Part shown: positions 39,259 through 49,952 of the stretch, piece after piece | How positions within the stretch are numbered: the first letter of the stretch is position 1 | How the letters are laid out: every line of letters begins with the position of its first letter | DNA from: an uncultured bacterium | GTDB taxonomy: Bacteria; Planctomycetota; UBA1135; GCA-002686595 | Direction: 5' to 3' | Assembly: GCA_943787795.1 (NCBI GenBank) | Contig: CALSNU010000002.1 | Coordinates: 224,001 to 288,000 of the forward strand | DNA: 64,000 nt | Notes under the pieces: generated by a model | What the model was told of the DNA's origin: nothing | The model's input: the letters and a program-made list of their open reading frames with translations, nothing else | Database searches by the model: none | Program-made: the position numbers and the translations under genes

Positions 39259-40905
39259 TCACTCGATCGTGACCAGGACCGCCGTGGAGCGCGCGATGTT
39301 GTTGTTGGCGGAGAAGTCCCGCACGAGCCACTGGGCCTCGTAGGTCAGCCCGACGAGCACCGGCGCCGTGGCGTCGGCGTCAATCCAGGTCGCGGTGCCG
39401 TTCCCCGGGCCCGACCCCAGGACGGTCTGCGCGAGCGGGAGGCCATTCCGTAGGTCGGTGACCGTCGCGGTCCCCGGGATCGAGATCAGGTTCACCTTGA
39501 GCACGGCGAACGTGTTGCCGACGGCTCCATGAAGGCCGATCCGGAACCCTCCGTTGCCGCTCTTCGGCGGCGCCGTGGCGACGATCTGGGGGACGAAGCC
39601 GCCGGCGCCGGCCACCGCCCCGAAGGGCAGGGACGCGGGGTTGGCGAACGGACGCTCACTCCAGAGCGTCGGCCGATCGAAGGGTGCCGTCTCGTTCGCC
39701 ACGCGCGGGTCAGTGAGCGTGCGCAGGAAGGCGACGAGGTCCGGGCGGACGTTCCCAGGCACGTTCAGGTTGTTCAGCAGCGGGTCCTTGTTCTGACCGA
39801 ACTGACCGCCGTCGTTGTTGTAGAACACCATGACGTCGTTGAGGTTGTCGATCCCCGGCGCACCCGTATGGAAGAAGCGCCCACGCAGGTCGACGTTGCG
39901 CAGGGAGGGCGTCTTGAAGCGGCCGCGGTCGCTGAACTGCCCGGTGACGCCCCGGCGCCCATTGTCCTCGCCGATGGGCCGCAGGCCGAGGTTGTGGTAC
40001 TGGCGATCCGAGAACAGAGAGCCGCTGTGGCACTGGTTGCAGCGCGAACCCTGACTCCGGAAGGCGCCGAAGCCATTGTTCTCCTGGGGCGTGAAGTTGG
40101 CCTGGTTGCGCATCACCCGGTCGAACTTTGACTGGTCGGGGATCAGCGTGCGCTGGTAGGCGGCGAGCGCGAAGGCGATCCGCACAGGCGTGATCTCCGT
40201 CGTACCGAACGCCGCGTCGAAGAGCGCCGGATAGCTCCCGTTGAGGGACAGGGCTGAGACCATGTCCGGCGTGAGGTCGGTCGCCATGGCCATGGGCTGG
40301 GCGTCCGCGAGGCGGTCGGTGACGTCGCCCCATGAGCGTCCGGACCAGGCCATCTCCACGTCCGACATGATCGGGTCCAGGGACTGGGCCTCAAGGGCGC
40401 CCCCCTGGGGGATCACGACCGCTCCGGAGAGCGGGTCGACGAACGTGCCTGAGGCGCGACCGTCCCAGAAGAGCTCGGTGAAGTAGGCCGCCGCGATCAT
40501 GCTCGGGGCGTAGCGATCGGTGGCCTTGGCGCCGAAGCCAAACTCGCCATCCTCCACGAAGTGACCGAACGAGTTCGAGCCGTGCATCGCGGGGGAGCCG
40601 AAGATGTCGTCGGGGGTCAGGAAGACCCCGTCCGGCCCCGGGTTCGCCGCGGGGCCCTCGGCCCGGGGATCCGAACCGCCCTGGCCCGGCATGTGGCAGG
40701 TGCCGCAGGCCATGGTTCCGTCGCTCGACAGCTGCTCGTCCCAGAAGAGCATCTTGCCCAGCACCGCCTTCTCGGCGGTCTGCGGGTTCTGCGGCGGGAT
40801 CGGCGGCGGCGGAAGGGGGCCCTGCGCCACGGCGGGGAGCGCGAGCGCGGTGGTCGTCAGCGCCGTGGCGGCGAGCGCCGGGAGGGGGAAGAGCGAGCGT
40901 TTCAT
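39259..40905 (-). CDS. Di-heme cytochrome c peroxidase/MauG family protein with a C-terminal extension
   Basis: LGK.LFWD..LS, CGTCH, FWDGRA, CNQCH, FKTPSLRNV; signal peptide. Confidence 0.9.
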   Translation of the reverse strand: MKRSLFPLPALAATALTTTALALPAVAQGPLPPPPIPPQNPQTAEKAVLGKMLFWDEQLSSDGTMACGTCHMPGQGGSDPRAEGPAANPGPDGVFLTPDDIFGSPAMHGSNSFGHFVEDGEFGFGAKATDRYAPSMIAAAYFTELFWDGRASGTFVDPLSGAVVIPQGGALEAQSLDPIMSDVEMAWSGRSWGDVTDRLADAQPMAMATDLTPDMVSALSLNGSYPALFDAAFGTTEITPVRIAFALAAYQRTLIPDQSKFDRVMRNQANFTPQENNGFGAFRSQGSRCNQCHSGSLFSDRQYHNLGLRPIGEDNGRRGVTGQFSDRGRFKTPSLRNVDLRGRFFHTGAPGIDNLNDVMVFYNNDGGQFGQNKDPLLNNLNVPGNVRPDLVAFLRTLTDPRVANETAPFDRPTLWSERPFANPASLPFGAVAGAGGFVPQIVATAPPKSGNGGFRIGLHGAVGNTFAVLKVNLISIPGTATVTDLRNGLPLAQTVLGSGPGNGTATWIDADATAPVLVGLTYEAQWLVRDFSANNNIARSTAVLVTIE

Positions 40906-41048
40906 GGTCGGCCTTGATTCGGGAAGGGACTCGGACAAGCCGGGGATGGACTCAGTCCACCACTAGAGTCGCCCACCCAGGCCGGATCATCAAACGGCGG
41001 CTCACGTCACTCTCATGAGCCCCGGACCTCGCCAAGGGTCACAGCGCC

Positions 41049-42401
41049 TCACTTCGGACCACCGTAGCCCAGGACGCGGAGCTCGACGGACTGAGCGGCG
41101 GACGCTGGAGATGGAGCGAGGCGCTCCCCCCTGTACCGCCCGGCGTCCAGGAATGAGTCCAGGCGCGACCTCAGCGCCAGAGCATGGGCCGGCTCACGGG
41201 ACGCGAGGTCGTCCTGCTCGTCCGGGTCCGCCTCGAGGTCGTAGAGCTCCACCCCCCCGGCGCCGACGATCAATTTGAAGCGACCCTCGCGCAGGGCGGT
41301 CCGCTCACGCTGGAATCGTTCGCCATAGAGCAGGAGCTCCCGGGGCCGGGCGAAGTGGACCTCGGCCGCCACGGGGTGATCCCCGGGGAGCCGGGGGAAG
41401 TCCCGCCGCAAGAGGATCCCGGTGGTCCCCGGGATCGACCCGGCGATGAGCCCGGGCACGTCGACCAGCGACGCGATCTCCGCCCGCGTCGCCCCCTGCA
41501 CCTGCCAGGGGCGCTTCACGATGAGCGGGACCGAGATGAGGGACTCGTACACGTCCTTGCCGTGCTCCACGATGCCGTGATCCCCAAACGCCTCCCCGTG
41601 GTCCGACGTCACGAGGACCAGCGCACCGTTGAGGAGGCCGCGCTGCCGGAGCCCATCGAGCAGGCGCCCCACCTCTCGATCGAGCGCCTCGAGGCCCTCG
41701 TCATAGAGGTCCGAGACCCGCTCCCCGAGCGGCCCCGGCGCCTCGCCACCGAGCATGACCCGCTCGCAAAGGCGCTCCAGCAACATCGCGGGGTGTTCCT
41801 CCTCGGGCAAGCGCGCCAGCTCCGAAGCAGGGGCCATGCCGTAGGGACGATGGGCGTCCATGTAGTTGACGAAGAGGAAGCACGGCGCCCCGGGGTCTCG
41901 ATCGTCGAGGTACCGGAGCGCCCGGTCCGTCATACGCGCCGCGTTCTGTCGGCGGACCTCGTAGGTCTCGAACCCCTGGGCGAGCCCGAACCGGTTCGCG
42001 AGGTAGACCGTATTGGCCACGAAGGCAGCGGTCTCATAGCCCGCCGCCCTCAGGCCCTCGGCGAGCGTGAGGTGCTCGGGGTGCAGCGGGTGCGCGTTGT
42101 CCACGTACTCCGCCACGCGGAAGCCGTGGGTGCCGTGCTCGAAGGGGAAGAGCCCGGTGAACATCGACGCATGGGAGGGCAGCGTCCAGGGCGCCGTGGC
42201 TACGCAGGACAGGTACCGGTCCGCGCCCGCCGCGAGGGCGTCGAGGTTGGGCGTCCGCGAGCGATCTCCCCCGTAGCACCCGAGCCGGTCCGCTCGGACC
42301 GTGTCCAGGGAGAGGACGATGACGTGGGGCGGCGCGGCCGCTCCCCCATCGCCGCAGGCTGCGAGCAGCATGAGGGCAAGGCTGCCCCGGAGCGCGCTCA
42401 A
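41049..42401 (-). CDS. Sulfatase-like lipoprotein (Thr at the nucleophile position)
   Basis: LAAC lipobox, LDTVRAD, WTLPSHASMFTG, NYMDAH, TSDHGE, LGYGG tail. Confidence 0.85.
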   Translation of the reverse strand: MSALRGSLALMLLAACGDGGAAAPPHVIVLSLDTVRADRLGCYGGDRSRTPNLDALAAGADRYLSCVATAPWTLPSHASMFTGLFPFEHGTHGFRVAEYVDNAHPLHPEHLTLAEGLRAAGYETAAFVANTVYLANRFGLAQGFETYEVRRQNAARMTDRALRYLDDRDPGAPCFLFVNYMDAHRPYGMAPASELARLPEEEHPAMLLERLCERVMLGGEAPGPLGERVSDLYDEGLEALDREVGRLLDGLRQRGLLNGALVLVTSDHGEAFGDHGIVEHGKDVYESLISVPLIVKRPWQVQGATRAEIASLVDVPGLIAGSIPGTTGILLRRDFPRLPGDHPVAAEVHFARPRELLLYGERFQRERTALREGRFKLIVGAGGVELYDLEADPDEQDDLASREPAHALALRSRLDSFLDAGRYRGERLAPSPASAAQSVELRVLGYGGPK

Positions 42402-43756
42402 CGCCCCTCTCCCCCGCCGTAGCCCAGCTCGCTCATCTCATCCGCCTGCTGGCGGGTGAGCTGATCGGGGAGGGCCCGCTGGCCCTGGAAGGCGCCGGCG
42501 CCGAGGAGCACCTCGAGGGATCGGGCCATGTCCGCCACGGACGCCGCATCGCGCTCCGCGAGGTCGTCAAGCTCGGCGGGATCCACCGCGAGGTCGTAGA
42601 GCTCTGGCGCCGCGGCCGAGTCGAGAATGAACTTCCTTGAACCCTCGTAAATGGCCACGCGACGACGCCGGAATCGATCGCCGAAACGCTCCAGGTCGCG
42701 CAGGCGGCTGTAGTAGTTCTCCACCACCACAGGGTGATTGCCGGGGGCGCGTGTGAAGGACCGGGCGAGCACCGGGAAGCCCGAGGATTCGAGCGCTCCT
42801 GCGACGAGACCCGGCACATCCACCGAAGAGGCGCGCTCGGTGGCCACTCGACCCGCCGTCTGCCCCGGAGCCTTCACGAGTAGGGGCACCTTGACGAGGT
42901 CCTCGTACACGTCCTTGGAGTGCTCGACGAGGCTGTGGGCACCGAAGGCCTCCCCGTGGTCCGAGGTGATGATGACCAGCGCGTCCTCGAGGAGCCCACG
43001 CGTTCGGAGTCCCTCGAGGAGAGCTCCGACCTCCGTATCGAGACGACTCACCGCCCGCTGGTGGAGCGCACGGACCTCGAGCCCCGCGTCGCCGGCGGGC
43101 TCGTTCGAGACCATGACGCGCTCGATCAGCCCGTCGAGCGCCGCGTGCCCGTCCGCCTCCGGGTCGCCGGTGGCGTAAGGCCGGTGGGCGTCCATGTAGT
43201 TGACGAACAGGAACGCAGGTCGATCCCCCCCCGCCCTCGAATCGAGCCACTCGAGGGCCCGCGCGGTCACCCTGGCCCCGCTCTCGCGGCGCACATCCCA
43301 GCGCTGGAAGCCGGCGTCGAGTCCGAGCCCTGGCCGCAGGTAGACCGTGTTGGACACCACCCCGCAGGTCGCGTACCCCTCAGCGGCGAGCCCCTCCGCG
43401 AGCGTTTGAAACCGCGGGTGCAGCGCGAAGACGTTGTCGCCGCGGTGGCCTGGCCCCGGAAGGAACGAGTGCGCCCCGTGTTCGAACGGGAAGAGGCCCG
43501 TGAACATCGACGCGTGGCTCGGCATCGTCCAGGGAGCCGCGGAATAGCTCGAGACGTAGCGGGTAGCGCCCGCCGCGAACCGATCAAGATGGGGGGTCGC
43601 CCCCTCTGGCCCGCCGTAGGCCGAGAGGGAATCGGCGCGCACGGTGTCCATCGAGACCAGCACCACCGTCGGCGGCACGCCCTCCGGCGGGGCTGAGGGC
43701 CCCCCGCAGGCCGCGAGACCGAGGATCGAGAGGGTGACGTGGAGGACGAGACGCAT
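42398..43756 (-). CDS. Sulfatase-like lipoprotein, paralog of 41049-42401
   Basis: LAAC, MDTVRAD, WTMPSHASMFTG, TSDHGE, LGYGG tail. Confidence 0.85.
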   Translation of the reverse strand: MRLVLHVTLSILGLAACGGPSAPPEGVPPTVVLVSMDTVRADSLSAYGGPEGATPHLDRFAAGATRYVSSYSAAPWTMPSHASMFTGLFPFEHGAHSFLPGPGHRGDNVFALHPRFQTLAEGLAAEGYATCGVVSNTVYLRPGLGLDAGFQRWDVRRESGARVTARALEWLDSRAGGDRPAFLFVNYMDAHRPYATGDPEADGHAALDGLIERVMVSNEPAGDAGLEVRALHQRAVSRLDTEVGALLEGLRTRGLLEDALVIITSDHGEAFGAHSLVEHSKDVYEDLVKVPLLVKAPGQTAGRVATERASSVDVPGLVAGALESSGFPVLARSFTRAPGNHPVVVENYYSRLRDLERFGDRFRRRRVAIYEGSRKFILDSAAAPELYDLAVDPAELDDLAERDAASVADMARSLEVLLGAGAFQGQRALPDQLTRQQADEMSELGYGGGEGR

Positions 43757-43877
43757 GGGCCGACAAGAGGCTACGAACCACGCTGAGCGGTGCGAGCAGC
43801 CACCGGAGAATCCCCGGGGCTCCGAGGCACGGGCCAACCCGGAGGGGTCGGGTTCGTACACTGCCGCTGCGCCCGCC

Positions 43878-45467
43878 ATGAGACCCCGCTCCGCCCTCTC
43901 CACCATCGCCTGCTGCGCCCTCGCGCTCGCGGGCTGCGGCGGCTCCGAGGACGGGACCCGCGTGCTCGTCGTGGGTTGGGACGGCGCGACCTTCGACCTC
44001 CTGGACCCCATGGTGGCCGGGGGCGAGCTCCCCCATCTGGCGGCCCTCATGGCCAGGGGTCGAACGGCGGCCCTGGAGTCCACCAGGATCCCGATCAGCA
44101 GCGCCGCCTGGCCCACCATCTCCACCGGCGTCGGCCCCGGCGTCCACGGGGTCTACTCCTTCTTCCAGACCGAGGACGAGACCTACGACGTCCGCCTGGT
44201 CGCCGCCACCGATGTGGCGGCTCCTCCCATCTGGCGAGTCCTGTCCGCCCGCGGCCAGCGGAGCCACGTCTGGGGCGTCCCCATCACCTACCCCCCCGAG
44301 CAGATCGACGGCACGCTGGTGGCCGGCATGCTCAGTCCCTTCGGCGCGCAGTACGCTCATCCGCGTGGCCTCGCTGACGAGCTCCGCGCCAAGGGGCTTG
44401 TTCCGGACCTCGGCGTCTGGCGCCAGGATCAGGTGGCCGACCTCGACCTGGTTCGACGTCAGCTCGAGCTCAAGGAGCGCGAGCTACTCGAGCTCGCGGG
44501 CAGGCAAGACTGGCGGCTCTGCATGTTCGTCTTTAAGAGCCTCGACGTCCTGTGCCACCGGCCCAACCTCGACCTGCGGGGGCCCGAGATCCGGGAGCTA
44601 CTCCAGCGTCTCGACGGCATCCTCGGGCGGCTCATCGAGACCGTCGGGCCCGACACCACCGTGGTGCTGCTCTCCGACCACGGCTTCAAGAGCTACCGCC
44701 GGGCCTTCAACCTCCACCGATGGCTCGTCGATGGCGGATGGAGTATCCAGCGTGAGGGGGAGTCCGCAGGTACCTCGGCCGCGGGCCCCCTGGCGCAGGC
44801 CAAGGCGTCCCAGCGCGCCGCGAGGCTAGCGACGCTGGACCTCTCGAAGAGCCGCGCCATCGCCGACGTCGCCGAGGGGAACTTCGGCGCCATCCGGCTG
44901 AACGTCGCCGGGCGGGAGCCGGCAGGAATCCTCGCTCCGGAAGAGGTCCCGGGGGTCCTGGATGAGCTCACAGCGCGTCTCCACGAGATCGAGCTCCCGG
45001 CGGGGATCCCAGTGGTTCGGCGGGTCGATCGCGGCGCCGACCTCTACCCCGGACCGCTCCAAGACGCCCGCGTCCCGGACCTGATCGTGGAATTCGATCC
45101 GGCCTGGCGGGTCTATACCGACCTCTTTGGCCCCCCGTTGTCCGTGGGCGCCCAGCCCTTCCCCGACCACGCGCTCGACGGAATCCTCGTCACCGCGGGG
45201 CCCTCGATCGAGGGAGCGAGCGAGCGCGCACGCGCGCAGCTCACGGACGTCGCGCCGATGCTGTACCACCTCATGGGTGAGCCGATCCCCGCCCGTCTCG
45301 AGGGGGACCCCAGACCGTCCATCGAGCGCCGGCCGCGCCCAGTGCGTCGCCTCCCGACGGACCAGGACGCCGGCGAGGGCCGCCTTGAGGGCGTCTTCCC
45401 CGACCCCGATGGGGCCGGAGATCAGGAGGTCACCAGCCGCATCGAGAGCATCGGGTACGGGGGCTGA
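43878..45467 (+). CDS. Alkaline phosphatase superfamily / type I phosphodiesterase (NPP-like) lipoprotein
   Basis: LAGC, VVGWDGAT, P.S..AW...TG..PG.HG, SDHGF, IGYGG tail. Confidence 0.85.
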   Translation: MRPRSALSTIACCALALAGCGGSEDGTRVLVVGWDGATFDLLDPMVAGGELPHLAALMARGRTAALESTRIPISSAAWPTISTGVGPGVHGVYSFFQTEDETYDVRLVAATDVAAPPIWRVLSARGQRSHVWGVPITYPPEQIDGTLVAGMLSPFGAQYAHPRGLADELRAKGLVPDLGVWRQDQVADLDLVRRQLELKERELLELAGRQDWRLCMFVFKSLDVLCHRPNLDLRGPEIRELLQRLDGILGRLIETVGPDTTVVLLSDHGFKSYRRAFNLHRWLVDGGWSIQREGESAGTSAAGPLAQAKASQRAARLATLDLSKSRAIADVAEGNFGAIRLNVAGREPAGILAPEEVPGVLDELTARLHEIELPAGIPVVRRVDRGADLYPGPLQDARVPDLIVEFDPAWRVYTDLFGPPLSVGAQPFPDHALDGILVTAGPSIEGASERARAQLTDVAPMLYHLMGEPIPARLEGDPRPSIERRPRPVRRLPTDQDAGEGRLEGVFPDPDGAGDQEVTSRIESIGYGG

Positions 45468-46873
45468 TGGCGCGCTCGATCGCCATACGAGCGGCGGCGC
45501 TCCTCGGCGCGGCCTGGATCCTGGCCTGGATCACCTACGGGCCGGTGAGCGGCGACGCCCTCCTCGGGTTCGACGCCTACCCCCTCATCGCCGCCTCCGC
45601 CGTCCACTCTGCGGGCGACCTCTTCGGCGCGTTCGGCGACGAGCTCATGGGTGGGCGTTATCCCGATGGCCGCTTCTATCGGCCGCTGGTCCACCTGAGC
45701 TTCGGATTGGACCATGCCCTCGGCGGCCTGAGCCCGACCCAGTACTCCCGCACCGACATCTCCCTCGTTGCGGTCACCGCCACGCTCCTCGGGCTCCTGG
45801 CCGGGACCCTCGCCAACGCGATGCCCGGCCCCACCGGTAAGGCGAGAGCCTTCGCCGCCGCGAGCGCCGCGGCGATCTACGTGTTGCACCGCGCCCAGCT
45901 CGAGGTCGTCCCCTATGCGCCGCGCCGCGCCGACGCCCTCGCGGTGCTCTTCGTCGCGGCCGTCGCCCTCGCGGCCAGCCGAGGCGCCCGCCCGTGGTGG
46001 ACCGGAGCCCTCGCTCTCTGCGCGCTGCTCTCCAAGGAGAGCGGCGTCATCGCACTGCCCGTCGCGATCGCGGCAGCCTACACCCGCCCAGGCGTTGACC
46101 TGCCCGCGGCAGCCCGCGCTGCGCTCGGCCCGGCCGTGGGCCTCGGCCTCGGTCTCGTCGCGCGCACCGTGGTCCTCGGCGGGCTCGGCGGGCACGCGGA
46201 GTCCGGAGCTCCGGGCCGCGAGTCGCTGGGCGCCATGGCGAGTTCCTTGGCCCACGCGATCAGCGCCTCGATGCCTGGCGGCGGCGCCCTCCTTGGACTC
46301 CTGGTCGCCGGGGGGCTCGCCGTGCTGGTGCGCAGAGCCGACGCCGGAGGCCGATCCGCCGCCCTCCTCATCGTCATATGGGCCGCCGCAGGGTTCGCGA
46401 TCACCACGCTCTCCGGCCGCTTCCACGACTGGTACGCCCTGACCCTCGTCGCCCCCCTCGCCGTCTTCGCCGGCGTGAGCTCTGGCCGGGGCCCCTTCGG
46501 CGCGGCCGTCGCCACTGTGCTGGTGGCGCTTGTCGCGGCGGGGCAGTTGAGGTCAGCCCAGAGGGACACCCTCCCCGTCGCGCAGGAGGTCTCTCGCGAC
46601 CAGGCTGAGCGTTTCGAGGCCCTCCTCCAAACCGCCCCGGCGGGCGAGGTCGCCGCCTTCGAGCCCTGGGTGTTCGCGGTCGCCACAGCGCCAGGTGCGC
46701 CACCCATCTTCGTGCACGCTCCTTACAGCCTGTCCGCCCTCGCAGAGCTCACGCTAAGGGAGGGCGCGGTTCAGGTCTTCACCGGCCAAGAGCCCCCGGC
46801 ACCCACCCCGAACCGACGACAAGTTCAGCTCGTCCCCGGCCCGCCTCCTCCGGCGACCGTCACGCTGCGCTGA
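45467..46873 (+). CDS. Multi-pass membrane protein, GT-C glycosyltransferase-like
   Basis: FYRPL, H....E.V.....R.D.L and LLSKE motifs; translationally coupled to the upstream gene. Confidence 0.6.
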   Translation: MARSIAIRAAALLGAAWILAWITYGPVSGDALLGFDAYPLIAASAVHSAGDLFGAFGDELMGGRYPDGRFYRPLVHLSFGLDHALGGLSPTQYSRTDISLVAVTATLLGLLAGTLANAMPGPTGKARAFAAASAAAIYVLHRAQLEVVPYAPRRADALAVLFVAAVALAASRGARPWWTGALALCALLSKESGVIALPVAIAAAYTRPGVDLPAAARAALGPAVGLGLGLVARTVVLGGLGGHAESGAPGRESLGAMASSLAHAISASMPGGGALLGLLVAGGLAVLVRRADAGGRSAALLIVIWAAAGFAITTLSGRFHDWYALTLVAPLAVFAGVSSGRGPFGAAVATVLVALVAAGQLRSAQRDTLPVAQEVSRDQAERFEALLQTAPAGEVAAFEPWVFAVATAPGAPPIFVHAPYSLSALAELTLREGAVQVFTGQEPPAPTPNRRQVQLVPGPPPPATVTLR

Positions 46874-46905
46874 TCTCCCCTCACCGACCGGCCACCGAGC
46901 TCACC

Positions 46906-48894
46906 ATGCTGCTGACCCTCACCCTCCTCGCCATCTCCCAGGAGGCTCAGAGCCTCCGCCCGCTCGAGGCCATGGACCTCTTCGAGCTCGAGGGGGTCAC
47001 CAGCCCCACCGTCTCCCCCGACGGCTCGCAGGTCCTCTACACCCGCGTCGGCTTCGACGTGATGAGTGACAAGCAACGGCGGGAGGTCTGGCTGCACGAC
47101 GTCGAGACCGGCGACTCCCGGCCGATCCTCGACGGCGTGGGCAGCGCCCGGTGGTCCCCGGACGGCCGCTACATCGCCTATGTGCGTGGCGCCGGTGGGG
47201 ACGGCGCCGAGGTGTTCGTGCGCTGGATGGACGACGGGACCACGCGGCAGGTGACGCGCCTCGCCGAGTCCCCTGGCTCCGTGCACTGGTCTCCGGACTC
47301 CAAGCGGATCGCCTTCACCATGAACGTCCCGCGCGAGGCCACGCCGTTGGCCTCGATGCCCAAGAAGCCCGCGGGCGCGGAGTGGGCCCCGGCGCCCAAG
47401 GTCATCCAGCAGTTCCGCTACCGGGCCGATGGCGGCGGCTACCTCGACGACGCCGACCGTCAGGTCTTCGTGGTGGACGCCATGGGCGGGACGCCCCGAC
47501 AGCTCACGGACGGCCCCGCCGATCACGGTGGCGGCCTGATGTGGGCGGACGAGGGCACGCTCCTGTTCAGCGCGAACCTGCGCGAAGACCGCCACGACCA
47601 CCCAAACGACACCGACCTCTGGTCCCTGCGCGTCGCGGATGGCGAGCTCACGAAGCTGACCTTCCGCGAGGGACCCGATGGCGGGGCGGCCCTCGACGAA
47701 GCGTCCGGGACGCTCTTCTGGACCGGCTTCGACGACCGGCGGCAAGGCCACCAGCAGCGCGAGATCTACGCGCGCCCCCTCGACGGCGGTGAGAGCAAGG
47801 TCCTGACCGCGGGGCTTGACCGCTCCCCAGGGAGCCTCCTCGTCGATCAGGGCGAGCTCTACTTCTCCTTCGTGGACGAGGGGCGGACGCGCGTCGGGGT
47901 GACCAGCGCCGGCGGCGGCGTCGAGGTCCTGGACATCGGCCTCCACGGCATGGGCTCCGGCCGCCCGTACTCCAGCGGCGAGTTCCACGTGGCCGGCGGG
48001 ACCATGGCGTGGATCGGCGGCGACCCCGCCTGGCCTGGCGAGCTTCACCTGGCTCGCCGCGGCGAGGACCTCGGCCAGATCACCGACGTCAACGCTGACC
48101 TGCGCGAGACCGTCGAGCTCGGCGCGGTGGAGGAGCTCTGGACGGAGTCCGGTGCCGGCGGCCTCCGGGTGCAGTCCTGGGTCATCACCCCGCCGGGCTT
48201 CGAAGCCGACCAGACGCACCCCCTGATCCTCGAGATCCACGGCGGTCCGTTCACCGCCTACGGTCCGGCGTTCACCTTCGAGCTTCAGCTCATGGCGGCC
48301 AAGGGATACGTCGTCCTGTACGGCAACCCCCGCGGGAGCACGAGCTATGGCGAGGGCTTCGCCAACCGGATCCACCACGCCTACCCGAGCCAGGACTACG
48401 ACGACCTGATGAGCATGGTGGACGCGGTCGTGGAGCGCGGCATCATCGATCGGACTCGACTCTTCGTGACCGGTGGCAGCGGCGGCGGCGTCCTGACGGC
48501 CTGGATCGTGGGCACCACCGACCGCTTCAAGGCGGCGGTGGTCGCCAAGCCGGTCATCAACTGGATCTCCTTCGCCCTCACGGCGGACGCCTACGACTTC
48601 TTCTGGCAGTACTGGTTCCCCGGCGCCCCCTGGGATCACTTCGAACACTACTGGGAGCGCTCACCGCTCTCCCGCGTGGGGAACGTGACCACCCCGACCA
48701 TGCTGCTCACGGGCGAACAGGACTTCAGGACGCCGATCTCGGAGTCGGAGCAGTACTACCAGGCGCTCAAGATCCAGGGGGTCGAGACGGCCATGGTGCG
48801 CATCCCCGAGGCGGGCCATGGCATCGCGCGTCGGCCGAGCCACCTCATCGGCAAGGTGCTCCACATCCTGGCCTGGTTCGAGCGGGACCGCTAG
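46906..48894 (+). CDS. S9 family peptidase (dipeptidyl aminopeptidase/acylaminoacyl peptidase)
   Basis: WSPD propeller repeats, IHGGP, NPRGS.SYG, GGSGGG, D.R.P and GH motifs. Confidence 0.92.
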   Translation: MLLTLTLLAISQEAQSLRPLEAMDLFELEGVTSPTVSPDGSQVLYTRVGFDVMSDKQRREVWLHDVETGDSRPILDGVGSARWSPDGRYIAYVRGAGGDGAEVFVRWMDDGTTRQVTRLAESPGSVHWSPDSKRIAFTMNVPREATPLASMPKKPAGAEWAPAPKVIQQFRYRADGGGYLDDADRQVFVVDAMGGTPRQLTDGPADHGGGLMWADEGTLLFSANLREDRHDHPNDTDLWSLRVADGELTKLTFREGPDGGAALDEASGTLFWTGFDDRRQGHQQREIYARPLDGGESKVLTAGLDRSPGSLLVDQGELYFSFVDEGRTRVGVTSAGGGVEVLDIGLHGMGSGRPYSSGEFHVAGGTMAWIGGDPAWPGELHLARRGEDLGQITDVNADLRETVELGAVEELWTESGAGGLRVQSWVITPPGFEADQTHPLILEIHGGPFTAYGPAFTFELQLMAAKGYVVLYGNPRGSTSYGEGFANRIHHAYPSQDYDDLMSMVDAVVERGIIDRTRLFVTGGSGGGVLTAWIVGTTDRFKAAVVAKPVINWISFALTADAYDFFWQYWFPGAPWDHFEHYWERSPLSRVGNVTTPTMLLTGEQDFRTPISESEQYYQALKIQGVETAMVRIPEAGHGIARRPSHLIGKVLHILAWFERDR

Positions 48895-49952
48895 CGGCTG
48901 CCGAGCTCGGTCAGCCGCTGGTCGAGGCGACCGAGGAGGTCGGGCGCCGCGTCCGCCACCCCCGCCTCAAGGAGCTTGCGCCGCGCGCTCTGAAGGAGCG
49001 CTCGGGCCTCCTCCTCGCGCCCCTCGATCCACTCCAACTCGCCGAGCTCCCACCACGCGCGACCGAGCCACTCGGCCTGTCGCGCCGAGGGGTTCGCGGC
49101 GTACAGATCCCGCGCCCCGAGGTCCGCTTGCTCCAGGAACGCCCTCGACTCCGCGAGACGCCCGGTCAGTCGTAGGGACCGACCGAGGGCCCAATCCACC
49201 TGGAGGAGGTCCATGGGCGACGCCGCGCCCTCGGTCAGGAGCGCTCGCGCGCGCTCGAAGCACCTGGAAGCGTCCTTGAAGTCGCCCCGCGCCTCGAGCA
49301 GCCAGCCGTGGTTCGACCAGAGTGAGCCCTCCCAGCGGGGCTGCTCGAGCCCCTGGCAGATATCGATGGCCTTCAGGCTCCAGGTGAGCTGCGCGTCGCC
49401 CTCGGTCACGAGGGCACAGAGGCTCGCGCTCTGCATGGCGCGTACCTCGAGCCCGGCATCCTCGCAGACCTCCACCAGCGCCTCGAAGGTCACCAGGGCC
49501 GCGCCGCTCTCGCCAAGCTTCCACTGACGGATGCCTCGGGCCAGCATCACGCGGCTCCGGGTCCCGATCCCCTTGTCCTCGGCGTAGCGCTCGGCGAAGG
49601 ACATCCAGCGGTCGCTCTCCTCAACCGCGTCCTGCAGCGCGTTGATCGTGGAGGCCCGCGCCGCGGCCTCCGCCGCCAGGTCCTCGTATCCGCCGGAGAG
49701 GGCCGCGAGGTAGAGGGCTGAGTACATGTCGAGCGCCTGCTGATAGGCCCGCCCGTCGAACGCGTCATCTGCACGCGTCAGCTGGCGGTCGAGGGATCCT
49801 CTAGGGGTGGCTCCCTCGGGCTGCGCCTCGCTGCTCACACAGCCGAGCGCGAGTCCGAGCCCGAGGAGCGCGGCCGCGAGGCGGCGACCCTTTCCGAGGG
49901 CGGCCCCACGCCCCCCTCTCACCGCGGCGGAGGTTCCCCTCGGCACACTCAA
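48891..49952 (-). CDS. TPR-like helical lipoprotein
   Basis: LALGC lipobox and helical repeats (W..N.GW; W.LGR.LRL.GR); the start is a TTG overlapping the upstream stop, or a GTG at 49946. Confidence 0.65.
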   Translation of the reverse strand: MSVPRGTSAAVRGGRGAALGKGRRLAAALLGLGLALGCVSSEAQPEGATPRGSLDRQLTRADDAFDGRAYQQALDMYSALYLAALSGGYEDLAAEAAARASTINALQDAVEESDRWMSFAERYAEDKGIGTRSRVMLARGIRQWKLGESGAALVTFEALVEVCEDAGLEVRAMQSASLCALVTEGDAQLTWSLKAIDICQGLEQPRWEGSLWSNHGWLLEARGDFKDASRCFERARALLTEGAASPMDLLQVDWALGRSLRLTGRLAESRAFLEQADLGARDLYAANPSARQAEWLGRAWWELGELEWIEGREEEARALLQSARRKLLEAGVADAAPDLLGRLDQRLTELGSR

